A stretch of DNA of 42,439 nucleotides from a virus (Duplodnaviria > Caudoviricetes), in the IMG/VR virus record IMGVR_UViG_3300002092_000007, positions 1 to 42,439 of that record; one strand, given 5' to 3'. The position numbers and the translations under genes were made by a program. The notes beneath the pieces are model-generated. The model saw only the letters and a program-made list of their open reading frames with translations. It did no database searches and was not told the origin of the DNA. Shown one piece after another: positions 27,736-37,443 of this stretch (position 1 is its first letter; every line of letters starts with the position of its first letter).

Positions 27736-27763
27736 AGTTACATTATAACATAGAATTTAACTT

Positions 27764-28168
27764 TTATCCAGCCTGTTGAAGAGTAGCACTGTACAATCCG
27801 TCAGTGGTAATTGTACAGAAAACTCTTATGTATCTAAACAAGTCTGATGTTGGGAAGAAGTATATTGCTGAAGTGTTTGATGAAAGTGTAGGTGCTGCAA
27901 CTCTTGTATCGAATTGTGCGTTAGTGTTTGTTACGTTAGACACAAGTCTATTGTATACAACCCAGTTCTTTCCATCATTTGAAACTTCAACTCCAAATGC
28001 TCCGTTTCCAGATGTGTGATTAGCACAAGTGAATTGAATTGATTTCAATTGTCTCATACTAGAATCGATAACATATGCTGCGGTATTTGCTACTGTCGCT
28101 GTGATACCAGAAGCATCATTAATATTTCCTGTGAAAGCATTTAGATTATCTGTTTTGTTAATTGACAC
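27764..28168 (-). CDS. Virion structural protein (GTG start)
   Basis: VEVSNDGKNW...FRYIRV jelly-roll-like motifs; head module position. Confidence 0.65.
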   Translation of the reverse strand: MSINKTDNLNAFTGNINDASGITATVANTAAYVIDSSMRQLKSIQFTCANHTSGNGAFGVEVSNDGKNWVVYNRLVSNVTNTNAQFDTRVAAPTLSSNTSAIYFFPTSDLFRYIRVFCTITTDGLYSATLQQAG

Positions 28169-28193
28169 GTTATTATTTTAGTTATTTGTTAAA

Positions 28194-28778
28194 CTAAGCG
28201 ACACGAGAGAAAGCATAGGCTGTTGCTGAAGAGAACATAATCTTGAATACTCCGATTCCTGTTACTCCTGAAGGGACTGTTAGTAATCCTGCTCCTGCTC
28301 CTGAACCTGCTGCTGCTGCTGCTGATAGAATACCGTTTACTGCAACTGCGATTGTTACTGTGTTTGCTCCTGCTGTGTTATCTACAATGAACTCAAAAGT
28401 TGTTCCTGCGGCTGCGTTCAATGCTGCACCCAAAAGTGTTCCTGTTGGAAGTGTGATTGTTGTTGCTGCTGCTGATGTTGATGTGATGTAACCTGTTGCT
28501 AATTGTGTTGCTGTAGCTGTAGCTGTAGCGTTGATAGCTGAAGCTGTTGCATAAGTAGCTGAGTTAGCTGAGAAGATACAAGAAGCTGCTGTTCCTACGT
28601 TGTAGTAGTGAGCACCTGTATCTGTTGCGATATATTCACAACCAATTGCATATCCTGATACTGCTGAAGGTACGTTTGCTGTTGTTCCTTTTGCAAGGAT
28701 AGCGTTGTTACTTCCATCAGTAAGAGCAATTTGAACAGTTGTTGATGTTGTTGGAGAAAATAAATTTGTTCCTGCCAT
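28194..28778 (-). CDS. Capsid decoration / head-fibre-like protein
   Basis: A/T/G-rich, ITLPTG motif; follows the major capsid gene. Confidence 0.65.
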   Translation of the reverse strand: MAGTNLFSPTTSTTVQIALTDGSNNAILAKGTTANVPSAVSGYAIGCEYIATDTGAHYYNVGTAASCIFSANSATYATASAINATATATATQLATGYITSTSAAATTITLPTGTLLGAALNAAAGTTFEFIVDNTAGANTVTIAVAVNGILSAAAAAGSGAGAGLLTVPSGVTGIGVFKIMFSSATAYAFSRVA

Positions 28779-28802
28779 TTTAATTTTAATTAATTTGCTA
28801 AT

Positions 28803-28865
28803 ACCTGTCTCGGTTGGGATAGAGTAACCTGGTCGATGAGATTACCCTGTCACAACCGAGAAGGT
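28803..28865 (-). other. Long imperfect RNA hairpin downstream of the major capsid gene
   Basis: About 27-bp stem ACCTTCTCGGTTGTGACAGGGTAATCT / AGGTTACTCTATCCCAACCGAGACAGGT. Confidence 0.7.
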
Positions 28866-28915
28866 TGCGATAATCCTTTGAATAGGGATTAAGAACTATT
28901 GACAATAAGCTAAAT

Positions 28916-29842
28916 CTATGTTGTAGAATTTGCTCCGATTGCCCACTGAAAACTCTGGAATCCAGGTCTAAACATTGTTGAACCTGTGTATACCTTTGTT
29001 CCATTATTGATAACTTTATCGTCATCAAACTTTGGTCTCCATCCCCAGACAACTTTAGTCATCATAGCTGCTCTTTCAAGGTCTATAACGAACCAATATT
29101 TGCTGTATGTTGTTGGAATCCAGTTAGCTACTACGAGGTCGATAGAACCAGCAGCATTGTTGAACACATTGTTCACTCTGTTTGCTGAATCTGGGTTACC
29201 GATTGAACGTAGAACTTCCTCTGCTTTCTCCTTGTTCTCTCTTGCGACAATAAGTCTAAGTTTTGTACAAGGTAGAAGTTGAATACCCTTATCATCATAC
29301 ATTCTATCAAGATTCTGCACAGCAGTCTTGACGTTATCGTATGTAAGAGGGATTGCTCCTAGTGTGTTTGACTGTGTTGAACCATCTCCCATAGGGTGAG
29401 ATGCACTGAACAAAGCTACTCCATCTCCTCCTGTGAAGAAGGTTGTACCGAATCCTAAGTAGAAAATCTTAGCAACATCAGTGTTAATTCTTGCGTTAAG
29501 TGCGTTTGCAACACCACTAACCAAGTTGTTAATCTTAGGCCATAGGTTGAATCTCAACATTTCTTCTGTGATTTCAATTGCCTTTGTGAATTTAACTGGT
29601 GTGATTGTTACGTTGTAACCAGCTGCAAGGTCCTCACGGTTGTAAGGTTCCTTTTCGCCAGTTGCTTGAGCCATTCCCAAGCCAGTGAAGTTCTCGAACT
29701 GTGAGTTCAAGATTTCAGCTGTGTGGTCTGCCATTCCGAATAGTTGGTATTCTAAACGAGTTGAAAGCTGTGTTTGCTTTTCGTCCCAAATACCTCGGAT
29801 TCGAGGGTCAGCCAAATCAAATAATCTTTGTAGGTCTGCCAA
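28916..29842 (-). CDS. Major capsid protein (HK97 fold, Mu gpT-like), TTG start
   Basis: 308 aa; ITEEM, GGDGVALFSASHP, YWFVID motifs; follows scaffold and cement genes. Confidence 0.85.
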   Translation of the reverse strand: MADLQRLFDLADPRIRGIWDEKQTQLSTRLEYQLFGMADHTAEILNSQFENFTGLGMAQATGEKEPYNREDLAAGYNVTITPVKFTKAIEITEEMLRFNLWPKINNLVSGVANALNARINTDVAKIFYLGFGTTFFTGGDGVALFSASHPMGDGSTQSNTLGAIPLTYDNVKTAVQNLDRMYDDKGIQLLPCTKLRLIVARENKEKAEEVLRSIGNPDSANRVNNVFNNAAGSIDLVVANWIPTTYSKYWFVIDLERAAMMTKVVWGWRPKFDDDKVINNGTKVYTGSTMFRPGFQSFQWAIGANSTT

Positions 29843-29892
29843 TTTAGTGTTATTATTTTCCTGATATACTTATATCTTTCAAATAAAATTAG

Positions 29893-30399
29893 TTATGCTG
29901 TTATGCCGATGTTAATTGAAGGTGTCTTTACGAACTTGACTAGACATTCTCTTAGTCCTGAGCCAGCTCCTGTTCCTCCAATGTTTCTTGGGTCGACTTT
30001 TATAATTTCAACTTGTCTTGAAGTTGTAGTAGTAACACCTGATGTAACGTCAACAACAACAGCTCCTGTTGCTCCTGAAAGTCCATAAAATGTTCCACCG
30101 TTTGTTGCGTTTCCAGTTAGGTCAGCATTTGTTCCCATGAAGAAGAGTGTGTCATCTCCTGCTGGAATAAATCCTGGATAAACCTTAGCAACGGTTTGGT
30201 TTGTAGAAGACATTGTAGCTGTTTTTGCTGCAACTCCTATGATAGGGTCTGTTGTAGCTGCAACGACTTTAAGAACGCCTGAAGCGATAGTTAAAGGGTC
30301 ACCTGCTGTAATGACTTCTGAGTTTTTGCCGAGTGTATCATATCTGAAATCTGTTTCCAAAGTTCCTTTCTGATATACTGCAGCTCCGTAAATTGCCAT
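29893..30399 (-). CDS. Capsid cement/decoration protein
   Basis: ITAGDPL...IIGVA motif; between scaffold and capsid genes. Confidence 0.7.
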   Translation of the reverse strand: MAIYGAAVYQKGTLETDFRYDTLGKNSEVITAGDPLTIASGVLKVVAATTDPIIGVAAKTATMSSTNQTVAKVYPGFIPAGDDTLFFMGTNADLTGNATNGGTFYGLSGATGAVVVDVTSGVTTTTSRQVEIIKVDPRNIGGTGAGSGLRECLVKFVKTPSINIGITA

Positions 30400-30430
30400 A
30401 TATTATTAGTAATTAGTGTATAACACTTCT

Positions 30431-31156
30431 TTATTTTTTCTTGTCTGTTTCTTGCTTTAGTTTTACCCAAGCATCTGGAGACATACCCCATTTAGCCAAT
30501 ATAGCCGCATCGTCACCTGTAAGGTGTGGAGCTTTCTCTCTCTCAGTTGGGATTGAAGTTGACCCTCTTGAGACAGCGATGTCGGAGAATATAGCATCTC
30601 CTCGTGCTTCGTCTAGTCTGTTGTTTCGTACACCTTCTAGAATTTCATCCGCAAATTCTGCTGCATAGGCTTTTTTAAGGTCTGTGAGCACTCCTTCTTG
30701 GGTTCGTTCTGAAGCTGTTTTAATCTTGTTGTAAAGTCCGATAACTCGTTTAAGTCCTTCTGAATCTTTAGCAAGATTTGGTTTGTCAGCTAAGAAAGTC
30801 TTAAGAGCATAAGTTCTAACTTCTTCTTTTTCCTTTTCTAATTCTGCTTGTAGTGGATTAACAGTATCTTTGATATGTTTATCCCAAGCCTTAGAACCTG
30901 AATCATTAAAGTCAATCTTAGGCAACTCTTCTTCTGCTTCTATTCCAGATTTCTCTTTCTTAGTTGCAGTTCGAATTGTTTTTAGTTCTGCATTTGCTTC
31001 AGCGATTGCCTTGCGAATGTTTGCTAACCTTTCCTCTTCCTTCAGTGCTAACTCTGCTTTGTCTTCCTCTGGGGATTTAGTCTTAGACTTATCCTCTAAC
31101 GCTTGAGCTGAAGTTTTGTCTTCATCAGCGAGTAACTTTTCGAGTTCTGTTGTCAT
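30431..31156 (-). CDS. Capsid scaffolding protein
   Basis: Charged coiled coil, C-terminal AKWGMSPDAW; upstream of the capsid genes. Confidence 0.75.
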   Translation of the reverse strand: MTTELEKLLADEDKTSAQALEDKSKTKSPEEDKAELALKEEERLANIRKAIAEANAELKTIRTATKKEKSGIEAEEELPKIDFNDSGSKAWDKHIKDTVNPLQAELEKEKEEVRTYALKTFLADKPNLAKDSEGLKRVIGLYNKIKTASERTQEGVLTDLKKAYAAEFADEILEGVRNNRLDEARGDAIFSDIAVSRGSTSIPTEREKAPHLTGDDAAILAKWGMSPDAWVKLKQETDKKK

Positions 31157-31204
31157 AGTTTTTAACGAACACTAACGTGGTCCGACACGATACTTATGAT
31201 TAAA

Positions 31205-31320
31205 CTTGAAAAATATCTTGAATGTATATTTCAAGACTTTTTGAAACCTTTATGTTGTGTCCACGACTACACCCCATAAAGGCTTATTAAAACCTTGAAT
31301 ATACTTTGTCGTGGTCGTGG
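31205..31320 (-). promoter_or_regulatory. Structured pseudoknot-like leader of the scaffold/capsid operon
   Basis: Long stem 31224-31260/31269-31304; loop 31261-31267 complementary to 31308-31320. Confidence 0.6.
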
Positions 31321-31338
31321 TTGAATTGTAAAAGTGCT

Positions 31339-31542
31339 TTACTTAATTCCGAAAACCTTGTTCTTTACCTTTGTGTAAGCTGCTGCGTTAAATTTCTTGG
31401 CAGGTTTAGCTTTACTCTTTGGGGTCTTTGTTGGTGTAGCTTTTGGTGCTACTTTCTTTGGAACTTTATTGTAGACAGGTGCATCCATTCCTGGAGCCTT
31501 CTTATCAATCTTTGGTGTTCCGTACTGATTCTTTGTTGCCAT
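31339..31542 (-). CDS. Small K/A/P-rich basic protein
   Basis: KKVAPKATPTKTPKSKAKPAKK. Confidence 0.75.
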   Translation of the reverse strand: MATKNQYGTPKIDKKAPGMDAPVYNKVPKKVAPKATPTKTPKSKAKPAKKFNAAAYTKVKNKVFGIK

Positions 31543-31543
31543 A

Positions 31544-31708
31544 TTATTTTTTACCTTTTTTACTCATACTAAGAGCAACTGCTACAGCCTGTTTCTGAGA
31601 AACTTTCCTTCTAGGATTAGTTTTTGAAACTGGCTTCTTAGTGTTTTTTCTAATACCTTCCTTCATTATTTTTGATACTTTATTTGAAATCTTTTTAGTT
31701 GTTTTCAT
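31544..31708 (-). CDS. Small basic protein (54 aa) with QAVAVALS motif
   Basis: Hand-translated MKTTKKISNKVSKIMKEG...QKQAVAVALSMSKKGKK; TGCTATAAT upstream. Confidence 0.75.
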   Translation of the reverse strand: MKTTKKISNKVSKIMKEGIRKNTKKPVSKTNPRRKVSQKQAVAVALSMSKKGKK

Positions 31709-31733
31709 TGTTATTATTATAGCATTAATTTAA

Positions 31734-32063
31734 TTATTTGTCAAATGTTGAACCTTCTTTTGATTTAGCTTCTATTTTAGCTGCTTCTTCAAAAGACTTT
31801 TTACATAAACCATAAAATTCTTTAAGAAGTAACTTACGACCTTTTAAAAAATATAAATCTTCTTGTGTGGTTATATTGTCAACTGCCTTATCTTGAAATC
31901 TGATTGCAAACTCTAAGTATTTTCTAAATCCTTCGTTAGCGTATGCCTGAGCTAGACCATATCTCATCTTTGCGTCAATAGTGTCTACTCCTTCTACCTG
32001 AATATATCCTGGAAGTTCTTTGATAAGTTCGTTTACCTTTTCTAATGTCGTGTCTTTTTTCAT
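31734..32063 (-). CDS. Hypothetical protein downstream of portal
   Basis: TAATG coupling with portal; FLKGR motif. Confidence 0.75.
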   Translation of the reverse strand: MKKDTTLEKVNELIKELPGYIQVEGVDTIDAKMRYGLAQAYANEGFRKYLEFAIRFQDKAVDNITTQEDLYFLKGRKLLLKEFYGLCKKSFEEAAKIEAKSKEGSTFDK

Positions 32064-34060
32064 TATTTTTTAGCTATTGCGTTGGCTGGGTTTGTTCGTA
32101 TTGCTTCTGAAGCTGGGCGATTACCTTGAGGAATAGGATTATTACCTTGTCCTCCCATTTCTGGTGGTGGATTACCTCCTGCGGAAGCGTTTTTATCTTG
32201 TTGAGGTCCTGGTGTTCCTTCGAAAGATGATGTATCAAATCCATCGTAGGCTTCTTCAACCCATTTAACGAGTTCTGGTGCGTTGACAGGTGCTGCTTGG
32301 GCAATAGATAGTCTCCATTGAGCAAATTCCATTCTTGAGGCCTGTTCTAGTCCTTGGTTTCTTTCATAAGTTGAGTTCTTGATAATCTGAACATCGAAGT
32401 TATAGTCATTAAATGTAGAAACATCTATTGCTAGAGCTTCTGTAGGTACTCCTACTTGGTCTCCAGACTCTTCAAGGACTGATAGATGGTCTGCCATCTT
32501 AACTCGGTCAGCCTTATCCATCTTATCTGTAATCTTTACAATCTTATTACCAATCTTTCCGTTAGAAAGTTTAGTGTTATGAAGTGTAATATCTCGGTAA
32601 ACAAGTTTCTCTTGTTCTTTTCCGTTCTTTCCTGTGATTTTTTCGAACTTAGGAATAGAATAGAACTGTAATATGTGGTTTAAACGTAATTGTGTTCGGT
32701 CTCTTTCTCCATCTTCTAGGTAGTTTGTAGAGAATCCTAGCTTCTGCATCATCTCTTGCTGTTGTAGTTGAATCTGTCTTGCTGCTAACTTACCTCCTCT
32801 TGGTGAAGCAGAGATACCTGTTCCCATGGCATTATTAGAGTTTGCCTGGAACTCCTTATCGATAAGTGAAAGCATCTGAACATCTCCTTGTGAGAGTCCT
32901 GGTAGGGTATCAAATTTCCATTTGTTTATATCTCCCACCTTTCGAATCTTATTAGGTGCTAGAATTTCATCTTCTATGAGGTCGTCAAGGTCTGATGTAA
33001 GACCATAAGGAAGTAAAGCTGCTTGAGCTTTGTCCACTGACATGTTAAAGAACATATTTTTAAGGTCTTGTTCTCCCATAATCTTTTGAGGAAGTCCTTG
33101 TCCCCAGAAGAAGTCATTTGCCAAAGGCTCATGAATGTATTTAGCATAAGGGTACATACCATCTTTGAATGGAATAACTCCGTTGTAGATTGGTACTCCG
33201 TTTATTAAAACGATATGTTTGTTCTTAGAACGGCAGAAGTATCTTAGAATTTCTACTTGGTCTTTCTTAAGTTCAAGTACAAGGTCTCCTCTATAAAATG
33301 TTTGTTCATCTGCTGTTAGTGTGTAGGCTCCTGGTTTAACATATTGAAAATTCTTGTAGTGTTCAAACTCATCATGAGCTTCATGGTAGTCAGTAATCTT
33401 TCTGTCAATAATCCAGTATTGTTTCTGTAGGTCTGGTTCGAAAGCATTGGCGATATAGAAATCTTCTACTGCGATAATCTTCTGATAACAGTCATCGTAT
33501 AGAACTCTTTTCTGTTTCTTGGTCTTAACCTTACCCGTAGTAGCATCAAACTTCTCAGGAACTTCCATATCTACTTCCTGTCTCATATAACCTTCGTATA
33601 CGATACAAGTTCCTTTAACGGCTGTCTCTAAAGCATTAGCAAAGAACTTTGAATCTCCATTCTCTGCATTGAGAGAGTATTCATTAGCATCTCTAAGGAA
33701 TTGTGCGAACTGCTTAGACTGGATATTAAGTTTAGTATTGACGGCAATAATCTTTGGCTTAGCTACCGATAAGGCAACCTTAACCAAATAACCTATAACC
33801 GCATTACGAGTATAGTTTAAAAATATCTGAGACTGTGTTGAATCTAAAAGAGGGTCTTGTGCTGGGATGTAACCATTCCAACGCTTTGTCCAATCATCAA
33901 TCTTGTCAATTAAAGAGTCCCCATTGAAGTAATTGTATCCTTTTTGGAGGATGTTACGGCCCTTGACATAGGCTTCCATTACTGTTTTACGAGCTTTTCT
34001 ATCTGCTTCGTTGTCAATAAACGATAAGATAGTATCTTCAGGTGATTTTTGTTCTGCCAT
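32063..34060 (-). CDS. Portal protein
   Basis: 665 aa after terL; KGTCIV, EDFYI, PYAKY...FFWGQG motifs; Q/P/G-rich tail. Confidence 0.88.
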   Translation of the reverse strand: MAEQKSPEDTILSFIDNEADRKARKTVMEAYVKGRNILQKGYNYFNGDSLIDKIDDWTKRWNGYIPAQDPLLDSTQSQIFLNYTRNAVIGYLVKVALSVAKPKIIAVNTKLNIQSKQFAQFLRDANEYSLNAENGDSKFFANALETAVKGTCIVYEGYMRQEVDMEVPEKFDATTGKVKTKKQKRVLYDDCYQKIIAVEDFYIANAFEPDLQKQYWIIDRKITDYHEAHDEFEHYKNFQYVKPGAYTLTADEQTFYRGDLVLELKKDQVEILRYFCRSKNKHIVLINGVPIYNGVIPFKDGMYPYAKYIHEPLANDFFWGQGLPQKIMGEQDLKNMFFNMSVDKAQAALLPYGLTSDLDDLIEDEILAPNKIRKVGDINKWKFDTLPGLSQGDVQMLSLIDKEFQANSNNAMGTGISASPRGGKLAARQIQLQQQEMMQKLGFSTNYLEDGERDRTQLRLNHILQFYSIPKFEKITGKNGKEQEKLVYRDITLHNTKLSNGKIGNKIVKITDKMDKADRVKMADHLSVLEESGDQVGVPTEALAIDVSTFNDYNFDVQIIKNSTYERNQGLEQASRMEFAQWRLSIAQAAPVNAPELVKWVEEAYDGFDTSSFEGTPGPQQDKNASAGGNPPPEMGGQGNNPIPQGNRPASEAIRTNPANAIAKK

Positions 34061-34113
34061 ATTTAAAATAGTTTAGTAATTGAGAATAATTATACCATAC
34101 TTGAAAGAAGTTG

Positions 34114-35415
34114 TCAATGTCTTTTTAAAAACCTTTCGAATTTCTTTTTGTTCTTAGTGTAGAAATCGAACTGCTTTAAAGTAGCTTTCTCTTCGGAGTA
34201 CAATGGGTCAATTGGGTCTTTAGGAATATCCCAAACCGCCAAAGCAATTGCCATTGTTGTATCGTCATGTTGAGAATCAGGACATGCTATTCGAATCTTT
34301 CCTCGGTCTGTCAACTGATATTGAAATGATTGTAGTTCTGAAATTACAATAGGGTCGTTGGGAATCTTAATCTTTTGTTGTTCGATTAGGAGTTTTAAGT
34401 TCGTTAGAAGGTCCTTACGAGATTGCTCTGTAAATATAAAAGGTTCAAGTCTTGGTACTCTTTGAGACAAGTCATCAAATATAGGCTCTCCGACCCCTGT
34501 AGAGTCCATTATGCAACGTGCTTTGTTATAACGTAGGTAGGTAGCCTCCGCCTTTGCTTTCTGCAAATTATAGTCAATTTGGTTGAATCTATCAGGCTTT
34601 AAAACTTTGAAAGTAGTTAAGTCGAATGGTGCAAAGACTGTATAGTCGTTAACCTTAGCCCAGTCCATTCCTATTTGGTATCGTTTACCTTTACCTACAA
34701 GGGCATCTTCTCCTTTACCATCCCATAAGACATGTTCTAAGCCTTTAAAGAATGTACCTGCTCCTTCAAGGAACTCTACTTCGTACTCTTGTTTAAAGAA
34801 GTCTTCTGTAGTGGTCTTACGAGCCTCTTCTAAGTCTTGGTCTCTAATGATTCCAGACTCTGAAGCCTTTAGTTTATTAGCATACCATTCAGATTTAGAG
34901 CCTTTCTCTTGCATCTGTTGTTCTGCATACTGGAATTTATTGAATAAGTCTCGTCTTCCTTTAGGTGTACCAACGAACCATACCCATGCGTTGGGGTTAG
35001 CAGTTACGATTGGTTGTACGATAGCAGACCATACCTCTGGTTTCATGTCATCATACTCATCGAACACTACACCTTTAGGGTTAGGACCTCGAAGAGAATC
35101 AGGGTTATCAGCTCCCATGATATATAGAACACTTCCATTCTTAAATGTCAAATATAGTTCAGAGTTATTACGCTTATCCCAAATGTCTTGAGGGACATAC
35201 TTAGCTCCCATCTCTGGGTCTTGCCATATAATCTTCTTTGCTTGACCAAGATAAGGGGCAACGTACCAATAGGTTCCTTGGATAGCTTCGGCCCATCTAA
35301 TGAGTTCATTAAGAGCTAACGTGGTCTTGTGCCCTTTTCTGTGCCAGACCAGGCATTTAAACCTTGCAGGGTTCTTTAGAACTTCTAATTGATGCTTTTC
35401 TGGTGTGAAATTCAT
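34114..35415 (-). CDS. terL: Terminase large subunit
   Basis: Walker A-like WHRKGHKTT, Walker B VVFDE, GTPKG, GMDWA, MDSTGVG, HDDTTMA. Confidence 0.95.
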   Translation of the reverse strand: MNFTPEKHQLEVLKNPARFKCLVWHRKGHKTTLALNELIRWAEAIQGTYWYVAPYLGQAKKIIWQDPEMGAKYVPQDIWDKRNNSELYLTFKNGSVLYIMGADNPDSLRGPNPKGVVFDEYDDMKPEVWSAIVQPIVTANPNAWVWFVGTPKGRRDLFNKFQYAEQQMQEKGSKSEWYANKLKASESGIIRDQDLEEARKTTTEDFFKQEYEVEFLEGAGTFFKGLEHVLWDGKGEDALVGKGKRYQIGMDWAKVNDYTVFAPFDLTTFKVLKPDRFNQIDYNLQKAKAEATYLRYNKARCIMDSTGVGEPIFDDLSQRVPRLEPFIFTEQSRKDLLTNLKLLIEQQKIKIPNDPIVISELQSFQYQLTDRGKIRIACPDSQHDDTTMAIALAVWDIPKDPIDPLYSEEKATLKQFDFYTKNKKKFERFLKRH

Positions 35416-35570
35416 TTATTAAAACCCAAAGGTTTCTCTTTCTCTGGAGGAGTTAAAGACTCTTCAATCTTATAAATACGCCCTTTCTTAGAAAGAGCTT
35501 CTACTATATTCTTTGCAGTAACTTCAATAGATATTAAAAATAGTTTATCTTTAGAGTCTTGTCGTGCCAT
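35412..35570 (-). CDS. Small hypothetical protein (52 aa), leaderless, coupled to terL
   Basis: TGTTATAAT 7 nt before ATG; ATGA overlap with terL. Confidence 0.65.
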   Translation of the reverse strand: MARQDSKDKLFLISIEVTAKNIVEALSKKGRIYKIEESLTPPEKEKPLGFNK

Positions 35571-35976
35571 GTGAAACATTATAACATAATTATTAACAAA
35601 AGTAAACTCCTTATATAATAAAAAAAATAAAATTCAGTATTTCAAAATCAAATTCTCTAATAGGCTATTGACATCAATGATTCAATGTGTTCCAATTTGC
35701 TTTAGTTGATGAAAAAAATAAAATGAATACAAATGATTATAATGATAGTCAAGGGATAGCTATGGTGATACTACGGATAAACTATTATTGTCTACCAGAT
35801 AACCAACTTGAAAAGCGTGTTTTCTAACATATATATTATAGTTTGTCAATAGACATATATATTTATTAGTGTCAATATATTTGGTCATCAATTTGACCCC
35901 TGTATATTTCTATGTCTTTAACACGATTATATCAATGTGTCAAGTAATTATTAGTGTATCAAATTACACCATTGAA

Positions 35977-36414
35977 TTAACTATTTGTCAAGTCTTTATT
36001 CTTCTTCATCTGTAATGCTAAGAAATCATCACTACCATATATAACTACATTTGTCAAATGACTATGATTGTCCGTTGATTTACCATTTAATAGTTGCAAA
36101 TCATGGTTAAGATTTTTTAATAAGTTGTTTAAATCAAATAGTTTTTCATTGTCTAAGTCCTTTGATTGTAATGCGTTAATAGTTTTATCTCTTAAGGCAA
36201 TCATTTTGTTAATTGCAGGGTTAAGAGTATCAATATAACTTCTAGCTTTTGTAGCTTTCATAGCCTTAGCACTAGAAAGAGAATATCCATTTTTAATCTG
36301 TATCTCTCTAAGGTTTACAGGCTTACCTTGACTTACCTTTTTAATTACATCTAATGCAACTGATTTAGCTTGAAAACTATTGACTTTATGGGGTTTATGT
36401 TGTTTCGTAGTCAT
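35977..36414 (-). CDS. Terminase small subunit-like protein
   Basis: GYSLSSA helix-turn-helix-like motif, QLLNGKSTDN; upstream of terL. Confidence 0.6.
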   Translation of the reverse strand: MTTKQHKPHKVNSFQAKSVALDVIKKVSQGKPVNLREIQIKNGYSLSSAKAMKATKARSYIDTLNPAINKMIALRDKTINALQSKDLDNEKLFDLNNLLKNLNHDLQLLNGKSTDNHSHLTNVVIYGSDDFLALQMKKNKDLTNS

Positions 36415-36725
36415 TTTAACATTATATCATTGATTATAATTTATGTCAATGATTTATTCATACTTACTAGCGAGGATACCGCTTAACGTTTTTTTAACAT
36501 ATTTTAATTGTCTGAGTGTATTATCTTATAATTAAAGCTTATCAGCAAAGCTATTTAATCATTACCCCATTACTGGGCGATTGAGGGACGGTATCAATTC
36601 CCCTTTAATATTTCGATAATATGTTGGTTGTTTATATTATAGCATACTTTTAAGATAATATCAATATAGTTATATCTATTATTTGACGTTATTGTAATTT
36701 GTGTTATAACTATTAAATTATAGAG

Positions 36726-36734
36726 TTATCCACA
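36726..36734 (+). promoter_or_regulatory. DnaA box upstream of the early gene cluster
   Basis: TTATCCACA exact consensus. Confidence 0.6.
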
Positions 36735-36826
36735 TCTATATGATAGTATTTAGAATTTTTGTTATATACTGTCTATAACAGGTCGATAGTTGATTATTCA
36801 ATTAAAAGAAATAACATAACATCACA

Positions 36827-37015
36827 ATGACAAAAAAAGATTATGTATTGATAGCAAGCGTATTAAACGAATTATTAGATGAAGGAGATAACGATATGTT
36901 AGACGGAATAGCAGGGATTGAAAAAGTAGCAAGAAACCTATGCTATGTATTTGCTAACAAAAATCCTCTTTTTAATCGTTCAAAGTTTTTATCAGCTTGT
37001 GGGATAACAGAATAG
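36827..37015 (+). CDS. Early small phage protein
   Basis: MTKKDYVLIA...NPLFNRSKFLSACG, a recurrent phage early-protein motif. Confidence 0.8.
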   Translation: MTKKDYVLIASVLNELLDEGDNDMLDGIAGIEKVARNLCYVFANKNPLFNRSKFLSACGITE

Positions 37016-37017
37016 AT

Positions 37018-37140
37018 ATGGACTATAAAAACTATAAAAGCAGATTAAAAGGCAAGTTATCAAAGGACACTACTCAATTTATTGATGTCTTTATAGCCTT
37101 TGTATTGATAACTATTATTATCTTAACAATATTAAAATGA
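37018..37140 (+). CDS. Small membrane protein (40 aa)
   Basis: Basic N-terminus and C-terminal hydrophobic helix; hand-translated. Confidence 0.6.
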   Translation: MDYKNYKSRLKGKLSKDTTQFIDVFIAFVLITIIILTILK

Positions 37141-37298
37141 TTAAAGACTTAGAAAGCGAGGAAATAGAGTTAAAAAGCGTTAGTGATGTCAATTTACTTG
37201 ATTTTGATGATGATTACTCAGACTTTGACATACCAAAGGAAGTAGCAAGGAGAGCATTACAAGATTTTATTGACTTACAAAAAGATGAAAACTATTAA
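37137..37298 (+). CDS. Small acidic protein (53 aa)
   Basis: ATGA overlap; DFDDDYSDFD. Confidence 0.65.
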   Translation: MIKDLESEEIELKSVSDVNLLDFDDDYSDFDIPKEVARRALQDFIDLQKDENY

Positions 37299-37443
37299 AA
37301 AAGAATACAACATATATACCTTTTTAGAGGACGGCACAATGTTTAACTCTTAAACCTTTCTTAGCTCCTATAACTCGTTTGTGGGAGCAATAGAGAGCAT
37401 GAGCTTTCTACACCTTGCTGGTGGTGTTCATTAATAATTAAAT

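Noticed and set aside
11326-35415. Numerous alternative-frame and plus-strand ORFs in the track (e.g. 13124-13600, 18656-19003, 26897-27274, 34811-35191)
   Set aside because: They fully overlap well-supported structural genes and lack motifs.
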